A DNA stretch of 64,000 nucleotides from Lytechinus pictus. Taxonomy: Eukaryota. Below the pieces are notes generated by a model. That model worked only from the letters and a program-made list of their open reading frames with translations. It did not search any database and was not told where the DNA came from. Position 1 is the stretch's first letter. Each line of letters starts with the position of its first letter. The DNA lies in the NCBI RefSeq assembly GCF_037042905.1, contig NC_087245.1, forward strand, positions 22,508,001 to 22,572,000, written 5' to 3'. Shown in pieces: positions 51,000-64,000 of this stretch. Position numbers and translations under genes: made by a program.

Positions 51000-51600
51000 A
51001 GGACAAGTCCACCCCAACAAAAAGTTGATTTGAATAAAAAGAGAAAAATCCAACAAACATGACACTGAAAATTTCATCAAAATCGGATGTAAAATATTAA
51101 GAAAGTTATGATATTTTAAAGTTTCGCTTAATTTCACAAAAGTTATTATGCTCATCCTGGTCAGTATGCAAATGAGGAGACTGATAACTTCATTCACTCA
51201 CTATTTCTTTATTACCGGTATATGAAATAACCTAATTTTCTCCTCATTGTCAAGTGAAACAACGATTAAATCCTCTCTGAATATGTAGAATTAGTATCAT
51301 GGTTCAGTCAAGTTGGTCCTTATTGTCAAATCTGTAAAAAATGAAATATCGTATAATTCAAACAATAAAAAACAAAAGAAATACCGTAGTGAGTGATAGA
51401 CATCGGCTGTCTCAGCATATCACTGAGTCGTGCATATCACTGTTTTGGGAAAAATATAAAGCGAAACTTTAAAATGTCATACCAACTTTCTTATTTTACA
51501 AATTACATCCAATTTTGATGAAATTTTCAGCATTATGCAAGTTTGATTTTTCTCTATGTTATGTATTCAAATCAACTTTATCCTGGGGTGGACTTGACCT
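51000..51600. mobile_element. Kolobok-like MITE (TTAA target duplication)
   Basis: TTAA|AGGACAAGTCCACCCCA...TGGGGTGGACTTGACCT|TTAA; shares AAATTTCATCAAAATCGGATG with 41753-42338. Confidence 0.85.
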
Positions 51601-53388
51601 TTAATATGACAGTTTAAATCCAAATGAATGCAAATCAAGAATACACTTGATGGTAATAATAATAATAATACATTGATAAGGGCCTAATGTAATGAACAGA
51701 ATATCTGCAGCATTGGTGAAGATACATACTGTACTATCTTGAAGTCTTAGACGATGTACATGTATGTGTACATGAAATGAGAATCTCACTCCAAGCAGCT
51801 TTTATATATCTCCCCCTTTCCTTCCTCCTAACTTCCTCCTTTCCTTCGTGAAGAGCCTTTCTTTGTCACACGCAGCTCATCTCAATTCATAATTCAATCA
51901 AAAACACTTGCGCAAAGCTTGGTGATGTGCACACAGCAACGTACATTATCATACACAGTATCACAGTACTACATGTATGCTCTGTATTTTTTTTCTTCAG
52001 CTGCTGGTGCTGTATAGGGAATGAGTGATCTTATTTTGGTACATTGTACATTGTACGTCAACGTTCAAAATGCCTCTGCATTGATGCGCATGTTAATACA
52101 TGAACATCCTAGTGGCTCTGGAGTTTGTACAGTAAAGATACAAACTACTATTCGTAGAGTTTCTTATCATTATTTCTCTTAATTGTTGCAATATATCATT
52201 TTGGTTGAAAATTGAATAGAATATTTGCAGGTCTGTATTGAAATGGGCAGCTTACATGTACGTACAATGTACGTGTGTATCTGAGAATAATAAGCTTGCA
52301 ATTGTTGAAATATTGTCAAAACCTGTCAACATTTTGAGTATTGCTTTGTCATCAGTTCAGTTTCTGCCTCATTCAATATCAATGACTGATAATGATAAGG
52401 AATGACTTGAACAGGCTTGGAAGTCTGGAATCATATATTTCTGAGAATGTTATTGGCATGAATTTGTCCAAACTTGGCACCTACACAGTACATTACGTGT
52501 ACATGTATCAAGCTTTATATAAGAGTGCATTCAACCAATTTTCTTAATAGTGATAATTGCTTTAGGGCAGGGCTCAAATACGAATCACATCATGTATCAA
52601 AAACAAAAAACAAAGGTAGAGTGGGAGTGGGACAGCAATAAAGCGATTTTCTTTGGTGAGAATTTCCTACACCATTGTGTGAAATATACATGTACATGTA
52701 AATATCTAAAAGACTTAAACACAAACCTCTACAGGTGGATAGCATTCAAATTTCAATCAATTTTTCATCATCCCTTATTCTACAATTTTATCTAATTTCA
52801 AGCTTAGCCACCACAGGGCCTGGGAGTAAAAATCGATTGATCAAATGGTTTGAATGAATGGCTTGCCGCCAATCCCGCTTAGACATTTGGGATACTTGTA
52901 ACTTGAATACTCAACTTCAAGTACACGTAGATCTAGTATTAAAATGACAAGATAACAATGATAACAATAAATATTACTGTAAATTATACTATAAAATACT
53001 CTGTGCAGTTTGACCCAGGAGGCCTACAGTGTACATTGCATCCAGTACTGTTGACAAACCTAAAAGCAGGTCACTAAGTGACATCATGACTGAGGTCAGA
53101 CTAATGAGTAATGAGATGTGTTCAACAATGGTTCTCCAGGATCAAAACCCACCCATTCCAGTGACTGAAAGGCACATATTTTTCAGATAGCAATAATGTG
53201 CTTGAACCATGGGATGGCTGTATAATAACTTTGAATGAAAACATATATTCTGGGGTTTAAAAAATAGGTCGATTGTACCCAGCCAAAGCGGCTTATTTCC
53301 TTTTCACCATTAAATCCGTTGATCTTTTGGTAATACATACAGGTACATGTAGAGTGCATGAGACATATTCCAATATAAAGTACATTAA

Positions 53389-54022
53389 TACCCTTTTTAC
53401 ACACGCTAAAATTTCCTTAACCCCGTACTATAGGTGGGGCTAAATTGCCATTTAGCACCACCTATAGTATGGGGTTAAGCTTAGCCCACTTTCTTTTTAC
53501 ACAGCATTTTTGCAAAGTGGGCTAACCCCACCTTTAGTACGGGATTATTTGGCCCTGCAAAAAAGCATGGTTATCCCAGCAATTGCGGTGCTAAGAGCGA
53601 TAGTATGGGATTAAGATCGCTAGTTTAAAACGTAAGTGGGCTAAGCGCTCCCATTCATGCCCCGCAACAGAGCAGGCCCTGTTATCCAATCAGAGGTAAG
53701 CATAACGAAAATTCATGAACAGCGAACACGGCGATGAGAAATTCCGAGTGAAGTACTTGTACTACGAATGATCGACAAATTTATTTAAAGCATGCGCAAT
53801 TATGGATATGACCCGAATGACCCCTCAGTGCGCTCGTGAATATTCATGAGCTACCACTAGTCTGGGGTTAGCGAGTTTCGTGTGTGAAAAGCAAGCATTC
53901 CTTATCCGGGGTTAGCAATAACAATTTGGCATGTGTGAAAAGGAAAAAAAATAGTACGGGGTTAAGGATAGTACGGGGTTAGCGATAGTCCGGGGTTAAG
54001 AAAATCCTCTGTAAAAAGGGTA
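53389..54022. mobile_element. PIF/Harbinger-like MITE, TAA target duplication
   Basis: TAA|TACCCTTTTTACA...TGTAAAAAGGGTA|TAA; many internal TAGTACGGGGTTAAG and GGGCTAA motifs. Confidence 0.85.
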
Positions 54023-54376
54023 TAACAGTAGGCAAGATAGAAAATCAGCATGATTTCTGGGAAACCTTTCAAATTAACCCGTTTTTCAAAGCCGTTCGTG
54101 GCAGTTGATGTGGGAATATTTTTCAAGTTAACAAGTCATTTTCTGGCATGGCAATACTGTTGGCCAAATAATATCTTGGCAGATTATGTGAGATAAACCT
54201 ATGAAAATTGATATTTTTTTACTTTAAAATGCAAGTCAACACCAACAAATGTTTACTTGAATAGATAGAAATTAAACAAGCCTAATAATACTGAAAATTA
54301 GAGAGCTACATGTATGTTATTTTTTCTATTACATGTAATTCATATCTGTTTTTAATCAATTTTTTTAGATGACTTG

Positions 54377-54486
54377 GTCATTTAAAACTATTTTTTCTTT
54401 CCCATAACTCTAGTCATTTAAAACTATTTTTTCTTTCCCATAACTCTAGTCATTTAAAACTATTTTTTTTCTTTCCCATAACTTTA
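54377..54486. repeat. 36-bp tandem repeat x3
   Basis: GTCATTTAAAACTATTTTTTCTTTCCCATAACTCTA starting at 54377, 54413 and 54449. Confidence 0.9.
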
Positions 54487-54900
54487 GTTATGGGAATTAG
54501 CTTTCTTAATAGCTTTCGTTTGTTTCTTTACAAAAAAAAGAAGCAAGTATTATTTCATACAATCCACTCTTTAATCTACATGTATTGTTATTCTTTCAAC
54601 ATTGGTTAAATATATATTTATGTTAAAGTGTATATTATGTTAAAGGTATATACATTTAGTCTACTCCTAACCTTTACCCATTCCTGCTTTTGACATTACT
54701 TCTCCCTCTGTATACTTTTCTTTTTGTATCCCCTTTCCAATATTATACATTAGTATACTTTATTTTTTTTTTACTGTTTTGCTTGTTTGTTTACTGAAAT
54801 TTTACTCTGTACAAATTTATGTAATTCAGCCTTTGGCTGCTAATTGAATTTTTATCACAATAAATACCATTTATCTATCTACAATGTATCTATCTATCTA
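54487..54900 (+). mobile_element. Possible 3' fragment of a non-LTR retrotransposon
   Basis: T-rich body ending in AATAAA and a (TCTA)n tail, followed by GTCATTTAA, which also occurs upstream (possible target duplication). Confidence 0.35.
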
Positions 54901-55722
54901 GTCATTTAACAAAATAATCTAACAAAAACTATATTATGAAACTCTGACATGTTTTCTTCATTACAACCAATACTTCAAGGTTGAATTTATGGGTAGAATA
55001 TGTAATTTCAAGTTATGAAATATAAACAAAAGCAACAACAACAAACATGTATAAAGAGCTTACAAAATACATTGGTTACAAAACCTTGATTACAAAACTC
55101 AGCACATGTTCAATCAAATCTGTCCATCTGTTATCATTTGAAAACAAAAGCCAAATGTTGAACAAAAGGCAAAGTTGAGTGAAATAGATTTCTCTCTCTT
55201 TGAAACCAGATCTGGAAAGATATCGATTTTTGGTGTTAGATAAAGATGGGAAATGTGAGATAAATTGCATCTGCTAATGGAAATGTGAGAACCACATAAA
55301 AGGGATTTAACCAAAATGGCATTTTGTGTCTAAAAGAAAATACATTGGTGAAAGTTAAACAAATAGACAAAATGTAAAGAAGTAGAAGTTGCAATCACTG
55401 TGCAAGGAAATTTCACGTTGGCTGAATAGTTCAAGCATGTGTAAAGCTTTTAAGGGTCAATAATGAGAATGATATTCAAATATCAATATCAGTCTAATCT
55501 TTCAAAAATGTAGCACCAATTTACGATATACTCATGCGTACAGTCACTGATTTCATTTTCAAATATATTCCTAAATTGCAATTTCTTTCAAAATTTCGAC
55601 ATCCAAGGGGCCCCATGCCCCCTAAGATCTGCACGGTCTACATTCTGTGTGGTGAATGGAAGTGACGGAACAGATCTATTTGTGACCAAAGTGATGTGAT
55701 ACATGTTCAGCACTCATTGTAA

Positions 55723-56229
55723 TATGCTTTTCACACTACTTTTTTCCCTTAACCCCGGGAAATTGGTGGGGCTAAGGGGGGCCTTAGCCCCACCAATTTC
55801 CCGGGGTTAAGCTTAGCCCACTTCGTTTTAACACTACGTTTTTAAAGTGGGCTAGCATGGTAAATAGTACGGTACTATCTAGCCCTGCAAAAAGGCAGGG
55901 TTAGCCGGCTTATTGTGGTGCTAGCACCACAATTGCGGTGCTAAGAGATGCAGTGTGAAACGAAACTGGGCTAAGGAAAAGTGGGGCTAAGCAATAGCCA
56001 ATCACAGAAGTCAAAATTGCACGTTAATCACGCTCTGTATGGTAAAATAATCAATATTCATGAGCTGTGGGATAGTCCGGGGTTAAGGCGTTAACCCCGG
56101 CTAAGCAGATAGTATGGGGTTAAGAAAGACAGTGTGAATCCAAAAAAAGATAGTATGGGACTATGGGGTTAAGGATAGTTTGGGGTTAAGGATAGTATGG
56201 GGGTGAGGAAATGCAATGTGAAAAGCATA
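55723..56229. mobile_element. PIF/Harbinger-like MITE related to 53389-54022, TAA target duplication
   Basis: TAA|TATGCTTTTCACA...TGTGAAAAGCATA|TAA; shares GGGGTTAAGCTTAGCCCACTT and GATAGTATGGGGTTAAG with the previous element. Confidence 0.85.
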
Positions 56230-56813
56230 TAAGAGTGTTTTAGATATTAAGCAAATGCTCATATTTCATTATGAATGACATACGACACATACATAGGCCT
56301 ACATTGTTACTGTGGCCCACATGTGGGAATGCAAACATCTTTGTAAATATTGTCAGTTTTTAGTAATCTCATTGTTACCTACAATGTACCGCATATTGGG
56401 TGCAGTAGGGTCAATGATTGAAGGGTTAATAATTACTGTGAAAATACTGCACAGACCATCTTACGTGCATGACAGGTTTTCAAATCATTGTGACAATGTA
56501 AAAGAAAGAAGAAAAAAGTCTCTGTGGATCAGTGGGTAGCAATAAAACAAGTCAAATTATATATATTTACAGGTAACTGTATAGTACTAACAGATTATTA
56601 AATCTATTTTTGAAAAATAGACTGACACAGCAAAGCACATCACCTTGAAAAAGTTGAGAAGACAGGAATTTCAATTACATGTAAATCTCATCTTTTTCCA
56701 GAAAACCTGCTTTGACTTATTTTTTGAAAATATATCATTCTGTTAACTATTAAATGAATGTCCATGTGCAATGTGCATGTAATGCATTTTCAAAGTAATA
56801 TAAAAGTACTCAC

Positions 56814-57157
56814 TATCTTTCCCTGATCCCCAGCTGGCAGACGGTACAGAGCTGGGAAGATAAGGTCTTTCTGCTTGAAATTCTGAAGTCAGGTTGAACT
56901 GTATCCTGAAGCAAACGTGGCAACCCAGTTTTCTGCACAAACCAGAAAGGTGAAAAATCAAGAGACCAACTTCTGATGAAGAGCAAGGTAGGCAGGCTAC
57001 TATCCAGAGGATAGTTTAGTTCACACCATCCAGACTGATCTGCTAGAGCAAGGAAGTGACCTTTTCATGATATTTAGTCCATTGTCATCAGAGTAGACCA
57101 TCTTCATGCTTTTTGAAGATTTCACGGGCTTCAGAGCACCATCTTTACTTTAGAGCT
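56814..57157 (-). other. Candidate non-coding 5'-UTR exon of the Vac8-like gene, containing short uORFs
   Basis: GC-richer 344-nt block bounded on - by tatacAG and GTGAGT, with stops in all three frames. Confidence 0.35.
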
Positions 57158-57983
57158 CTGTATACATATAAGAATAACAAAGGTGTATTGGGTTGAGGGT
57201 TGAGGCTAAACACTTCATTTGGCCCTATTTTTGGCTCTCTCCCTTGCTCGTTCTTATTCACAAAATCTTGCCTGCACTGCTACAGTAAACAAACTTTTGT
57301 TTACAATATTTACTGGATGGAGGAGCACAAGTGTACATGTATGTGTCCATGCAGTCCCCCTGCATATGAAACATGCAATAGTAGATCGGACAGATCATAC
57401 ATTGTATCAACCTCCTTTTCCCCCCCAAGGAATGACAAATCAGACAAGTCAATTATCATATTTACACATAATCCAGGTCAATGTCGCTACATGTATAGAT
57501 ATTGTCTGCATGTGGCTACTTTAATAAGAAGAGTAAACGGTTCGCCCTGACAATAAAAGTAAACAACAAATAGTTGTTATTCATTTTGTTTACATGAAAT
57601 GAGTCACTCCAATGAAATATCAGAAGGTTAAGAAAAATTCAGGCAAGGCCAAGCCCCTGTAAAAGCACATAGTTGAAGGGCAGAGTACTGCAATCAGCCA
57701 GGTCTTGGCTGCAGATTGACTATATATATGCAATAAAATGTTAAAGTTGTGATATTATATTTATAATTGAAATTAAAATTTGCATGAAACAGATTTTTTT
57801 TCAAAAAGAAGAGAGTTTGAAATTGGATATCGTCAGTGTTTGCTCAAGAGATCCATGCAATATTTTAACCCATTCTGAACCAATTTTGCCCAAATAAATA
57901 ATCCTTACACTGGGAGCCTAAACAAAAGGATAGACATTCTCAGGCTGAATGTAACATGCAATCAACCCTGAATTCAATCATGC

Positions 57984-58260
57984 AGGTCGAAAACAAGGCA
58001 CAAAGCGCTGACTTTATTTTATTAGAAAGTCAAAAAGGGGCCTAAGCTTTCGATCCTAGCGGAATCTTTGTCGGAGGCAAAATGACAAACATATAAAGTG
58101 GAACAACCATAATATAGACCACAAACAAGCTACAGCAACACTAGAAACAAGGAGACAAAAGGGGCATTAGTGAGTAGAGAAGACCAATCAGGTTAGTGAA
58201 GGGGATGAAAGAAAAGGAGTAGGCAGACACAAAGGGAAGTTAGTGTAAGTAAGGCCAGTA
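57984..58260 (-). mobile_element. Penelope-like pseudo-LTR fragment with a hammerhead-like motif at 58040-58078 (core CCGACAA, G8 mutated); boundaries approximate
   Basis: Near-identical to the 34.4-kb insert. On - it has a pyrimidine-rich leader, the hammerhead motif, then AATAAAATAAA. Confidence 0.6.
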
Positions 58261-59535
58261 AAAAGCCTCAAGCCAAAGAGCAACTAATTAATTGTTCAAA
58301 TTGATGAGAACAATCATGTAATGTACATTTTAACACAATAATCATTCATAATGCAATTTATCAGGAAAATTATACCCTGTAAACACTGTACATGTACCTT
58401 CTTTTTAACTGAACATATTTATTTTTTAATCATTAAGGGCAGAAAAAAAATACTTGACTGCAACCCAAGAATCATGGAAGCAAACAAAAGTACTTTGGGA
58501 GTTCACTGATGGTTTGAGTAATTTCAAACATGATAGCGAATTTGTGATGGCTGATATATCGGGCAAGTGATCAACATCTGTTACAACATTATGCAAGCCT
58601 TCTGATCTTGATCACAAGTACTGTAGGCCTACACTGTACGTGCTATTTGTCATGTACACATACATAACTAAGGCCAAAATGAGTCATGCAGGCTGCCGAA
58701 TGAGTGTTAAACTTTCACTCAAAATCTGACATTCTTTACAGAAACCATGCATATGATTCTATTACAAGCGAGAGTTCCTGAATGATTACTTCGGATTTGT
58801 TAAAGGAAATCAAAAGAGTACTGTATAAAAAGCAAACAAAATAATTGTTCAGAATCTTTATTTTTAAGACAATGTTCACACTGAAATCAATATAAAAAAG
58901 GGTCTGCGAAAATCCTAGCAAGAATATAAGAGTTGATGAAGAAAAAAATTTGATTTTTAAACAACACATACTGCACATGTATTATAACAAGCCATCTATG
59001 CATATACTGTACATGTACAGTGTATTAATAAATTTCATGTAATACAAATTACACAAAACCTTAATACTTTATTATGGTTCATGATGATTGGAAATATTAC
59101 TCATCGAAGCATGTATCACTGTGTCTGAAAAGAAATTAAATGCACAGGTACATATGTTTTAATATTTATGTACATTTATAATCATTTTCAGATTGAGGAG
59201 AAAATTGTATTATTCGATATTAGTTGCTCACATATGAATCTTCATTAACTGTTTATCTATACATGGTGGGTTCCAGTCTAACGTTCAATACTATGATTTT
59301 CTCAATTTTCCATTATGAAAAACAACTTCTTAAAATTATTCATTGCATATAATATATTCATGGCCTTGAATAGTTTTGTTGAAACATCTATGGTTTTCAA
59401 TAAATTCTTTATCAGATTTTGAACATTAAAGTTTGATGAATGAGTCAGAGTTTTAGTTAGCTAAGTAGTCTGCAGTCCCAGACCCAAATTGATTCGAAAA
59501 AAAGTATTTTTCTAGACAAGTGTGCAACTTCCATT

Positions 59536-60217
59536 GGGTCAGATGCATAAAAAGTAGCAATTGCTTTTGCTAGGCTTTTGCTTGATTCCGTATGCATAAA
59601 AATGAGCGAGCAATTGCTTTTGCTAGTAAGATCAAGGAATAGCTATTGACTGTTAGCATTTCCTTGACAATTATACAGCTACTGCTAAAAACCGTATGTA
59701 TAAAGCGAACATTTCGCTCGAACATTAAAGCACTTGCTTGGGTTTTTTCAAGCTCCGTCAGAGCAGCTTGGGCGTTTGCTTGATCAGGGCATTAGCAATT
59801 TTTAATCACATTTATGCACCTGAGAGAGAACTCCAAGGTTTACTGTAGCCTACATGTACATTTTTTATTCCTAAGACTGTAGTGAAAATCGAATGCCAAA
59901 TATTTGTTGAAAAGAAACAACTTAGTTTGACACAACCTCTGAGGAAAAAAATGTATGAAAGCGGTAAATTGCACTGCCACATCAATGCGTTCGAGTCCTG
60001 CCTTTTCTGTGAGTCGTGTTCACACCAGTGTAACGTCGCTAATGTTCAAACCACTAGCAACTGCTTTCTGAAGGCAAGAAAAGGGTTCAAGCACAAGCAA
60101 AGGGTTATGCATATGAAATACAGCAACTGCTTAAGCATTATCTTTTGCTTGGTTAGCGATTGCTTGTGCATGAAGCAATTGATTGCCAGCAAATGCTACT
60201 TTTTATGCATCTGACCC
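59536..60217 (+). mobile_element. Harbinger-like MITE, copy A
   Basis: TIR GGGTCAGATGCATAAAAAGTAGCA...TGCTACTTTTTATGCATCTGACCC; flanks ATT/AAT. Confidence 0.85.
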
Positions 60218-60220
60218 AAT

Positions 60221-60706
60221 GGGTCAGATGCTTTTCTTGCCTTCAGAAAGCAATTGCCAGTGGTTTGAACAATAGCGACGTCACGCTGGTACGAACACGA
60301 CTAACAGAAAAGGTAGGACTCGACCACAAAGGTGTGGCAGTGCAAATTACTGCTTCTTTCCTAAAACATCTTTTCCTCAGACGTGGTGTCAAACTATACT
60401 CGTTTCTTTTTGATAAATTATGTGGCATTTGGTTTGCACTTTAGGAAGAAAACCAGTACTACATGTATTTTACGGTACACCTTGGGATTCTCTCTCAAGT
60501 GCATAAAAACGTGAATACCCTGATCAAGCAAATGCTCAAGCTGCTATGACGGAGCTTGAAAAAATTCCAAGCAAGTGCTTAAACACACATGCGAAATGCT
60601 CGCTTTATGCATACGCTTCTTAGCAATAGCTGAAATGCTAGCAGTCAGTTAGCGATCACTTGAACTAGTTAGCCAAAGCAATTGCTACTTTTTATGCATC
60701 TGAACC
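60221..60706 (-). mobile_element. Diverged, internally deleted copy B of the same MITE, tail-to-tail with copy A
   Basis: Its reverse complement is collinear with 59536-60083; ends GGGTCAGATGC and GCATCTGAACC|ATT. Confidence 0.8.
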
Positions 60707-63700
60707 ATTATATTTACTGTGTGGTGTCATGGTATGTCCATTTCAGCTAAGTAACTCTGCAATTACTGACCACTGTTAACATTTCAATAAACTGGAAGTT
60801 GCTCCTGCAAACTATTCTACATGTACAATTTACACATGTAACTACATGTACAACCATAATGATGATCTGTTCATGGAAATTTTTTTTGAAGTCATATTCA
60901 TCCTCTCCTTAAATCCAAATTTGGCGAAATTCACATTTTCCTTTCATTGCTACATTATCCTCTTTTTAAATAAACTGCAGAATTCATAACTGTATGGAGA
61001 CTAAAATTAATAAACAATATCAGTACTTTATGAAAATTTGCCAATTTGCACGTACAAGTAAAACAGTAGTTTTGAGTTTCATTTTGTTGAAAATCTTACC
61101 GATTTTACAGTAGTTTAGTGCTTATTTGACACTACTTATTTCCAATAGAGTTTTTATTATTTAAAAAGATTACCATGAAACTGAGCACAAATTTTTGTGC
61201 TTTTTTATTTCTTAAAATATGTCTTTGCACAAAATGTGGTCACTTTTTAGCAAAGGGGTTATACATGTACCTGAACACAGCGAGTACAGCTCTAGAGAAA
61301 TGTCTTTCACTATTACACTGTACATGTACATGTATTAAAAAAGCCTCCATTAATTACCTTTATTCCAATTAATCCATTATTAATTCCATTTCTGTAAATG
61401 TTACAATAAAAACGCAGGTCCTTGTATCAAAATAAGTTGGCCAACATGGCCTTCAAATACACACCTTGGTCTTAAAGATGTAGTTCCTCATACGTTCACA
61501 ATACATAATTTTCTTCAGCAAAATACCTATTCTATACACGCATGCAGCGTGATCTCGGTCAGTACTCGCACATGAACGTCAAATGCCAATTTATATTTAC
61601 CTGCTCACAAATGAAGCTCATTGAATTCCCTTGTATGGTAAAGATACTTACAAGTAATAATTTACATCTTTACCAGCATGTCTGTACAGTTCCAACCTTT
61701 GCAAACAATACCACATTATGCTTTGTTGTTCTCCAGCTCTTTTATAGCCACTCTGAACAATGTTATGCATGCATTATTCAATCGCTCACTACAAACACAA
61801 TAGCAGCAGCTACCATCGTTTGGAAAGGTTAAATTCATTATGCATGCTCAAGTGCAAGCACAAGGGTCCCTGGCTGAATAGTGAATAGTCTATGATGCAG
61901 ACTCTCACATGTTGCCAGCAATATTTAATTAACTTCAAAATAAAAAGAAAAAAGTTTGCATGAAACCAATTTGCATATAAAAAATACATCTAATAACCTA
62001 CATTAGGCTACCGGTACTAGTATTCTGGACATACCGGTATGTGACTAGATCTCTTTTGTCTGCACAAGGGTGCTGAGTAAACGCTATCACATACATGTAC
62101 ACGTACAAGTATATCCGGCAATTTTCTCTGGAGCAAATATCATGGAACCGCATGTCGAGATCAAGACCAATGATAACCATACATGAAAGTTTAGAAATTA
62201 TTAATAAGTTTTGTACAAAATGCTTTGAAAAGATCCACCTACATGTAAATGTATGGCAGGGCTGTACAAATGGGGAGGGGGAATCCCTTGAAATTTTTAT
62301 TTAAGGAGCAATTATGTTTTGGGGGCAATAGGGACTTTTTTTGCTTGTCAACAAATTATTGACAGAGAAATAATTCAAATTTGCATGGACTTGTGGGCTT
62401 GCACATTCAAGTATTAGTGCCACATACAAAATTATTTTACAGAAGCTCTTTGACATGTGATGTCATGTATGCTGTCTGTACATTTGTCAGCACTCTACAT
62501 GTATTTCAAAGACATCTGGTGATTTTTTTCTGTAAACGATGACTCACAACTAGCTATGCCTTGATCACACTGAAAACCGGGTTTAAACTTGGCACATTCT
62601 CAAGCTCAACTTTTGTTATTACAGACAGGGTGCAAATAAATATATTGGGCTCTATTCCATGCACATGCACTTGCATTGTGTATGGGAACACCATATATGT
62701 TTGCCATTGCTTGCAAACACTTCACTTTTTTTTAGGTCAAATTATTTTTTCAAATTACAAACTGCTTTATCAGAAGTCCAAAAACAGCACAATATACTGT
62801 ACAGACCTGTATACATTAATATGGAGAATATATGCAGGATGTTTTCATATAGGGCTGTGCTGGGTAATTTTCTGAACCAGTCGTTTCTATGAAAATTGAA
62901 TTATAATAACAACAAAATCAAAAAGAGAAAAAGAGGAGAGCATGCATTTTTGTTGATTTTGAATAAATGTTCAAAATAATAAAGTTCATAATTCTAGAAC
63001 CCCCCATGTACACAATAAACAACTGGTTCAGGAGACTACTCAGCACATCCTTTTGTGAAAAGCCACCCCCATTCTGTTGTCTTGAAAGGGTGCAGCCCCC
63101 GGGGGGGGGGGGGGGGGGGTGGCACTCATATATGCTTGTGGTACGGGGACTTGCCGCTTTGATGACCCCCTTTTTCAGACCTAATTTCTAGATCTCTAAA
63201 TACTCCAAATGACAAAAAGTTCCATTCAAAAGCCACCTCGCCCTGCTCTCAAGACCTCCGCTACAAAACATCTCAGTTCTTCAATTGTTTACAAAATGGT
63301 GAATAAATGTGTTTTCAAGCTATTTAGAATGCTGAACAAGAAATTAATACTCTTATGTATCTGTATGTGTCTCAGAAGTATTTTGTTTATGTAAAAAAAA
63401 GGGAAATTAAGTTTTCTTCATTTGATTGAAAGTCAATGTAAATTTAGCGTATGGGTGCTTACGTGTCAATGAAAGTAAATCAAACAAATTTATGTTGATG
63501 AGTATACAGTAACATACATGTACATGTAGAGGGCGTAGGAAATGTAAACAAACCGCATTTTGGTGAATGGATGTTAGTTTATTACAGATTATGAGAATAA
63601 AGTTTTAATAAAGAAATCTTATTAGGAGAAATTGAGCTTAAAGTGAGCGAATGAATATATAAACATTATTAGTTCAAAAACCATAACAGCGGTGATGAAG

Positions 63701-64000
63701 CTGATATTCTGTTTAATTCGTGCAAAGCATGAAGGGGTGATTTTAGTTGTAGCTCATCAGTTTTTATATTTTATAGGATTTGACAAAGACAAAACTACTA
63801 GTAGTATATACATTTATTTTATTAAAAGCAAAGGGTATTTAAGGCGATAATTTACATAAAAATAAGCCCTATTTACCGCTCATCAGACTCATGAATAATC
63901 ATACAAGTCAGAGGTACTGAATTCTTTTGAAGAATGTTTACATTTAATATTTATACAAAAGGAAGTACTTCCTTCAAGAGTTTCTGTACGCATATAAAGT

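Overview
AT-rich animal genomic DNA. The repeat types and the CpG pattern suggest a marine invertebrate deuterostome, probably a sea urchin (inference). Two convergent protein-coding genes are present. (1) On +, a ZNF800-like C2H2 zinc-finger gene whose whole 922-aa CDS lies in one exon (19021-21789), probably preceded by a non-coding first exon at about 7.05-7.24 kb in a CpG-rich promoter zone. (2) On -, a Vac8-like armadillo-repeat gene with 13 coding exons (48544->35695, 1656 nt, 551 aa), reconstructed with canonical GT-AG sites and consistent phases. Introns and UTRs carry many non-autonomous mobile elements: a 4.87-kb giant foldback palindrome (TAG...CTA ends, CTT duplication, ~210-bp internal tandem units), Harbinger-like and Kolobok-like MITEs, Helentron/HINE-like elements with AGGTCA DR1 motifs, tRNA-derived SINEs and Penelope-like fragments. 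The most unusual signals are: a ~66-bp insertion made almost only of a minimal hammerhead-ribozyme motif, flanked by a 17-bp direct repeat, downstream of the Vac8 stop; direct internal evidence that the very abundant TACATGTA/TACAGTA/TACCGTA words are transposon excision footprints; and a triplicated 3' splice site plus partial exon in the Vac8 gene. No database searches were run; family assignments are from motif recognition.
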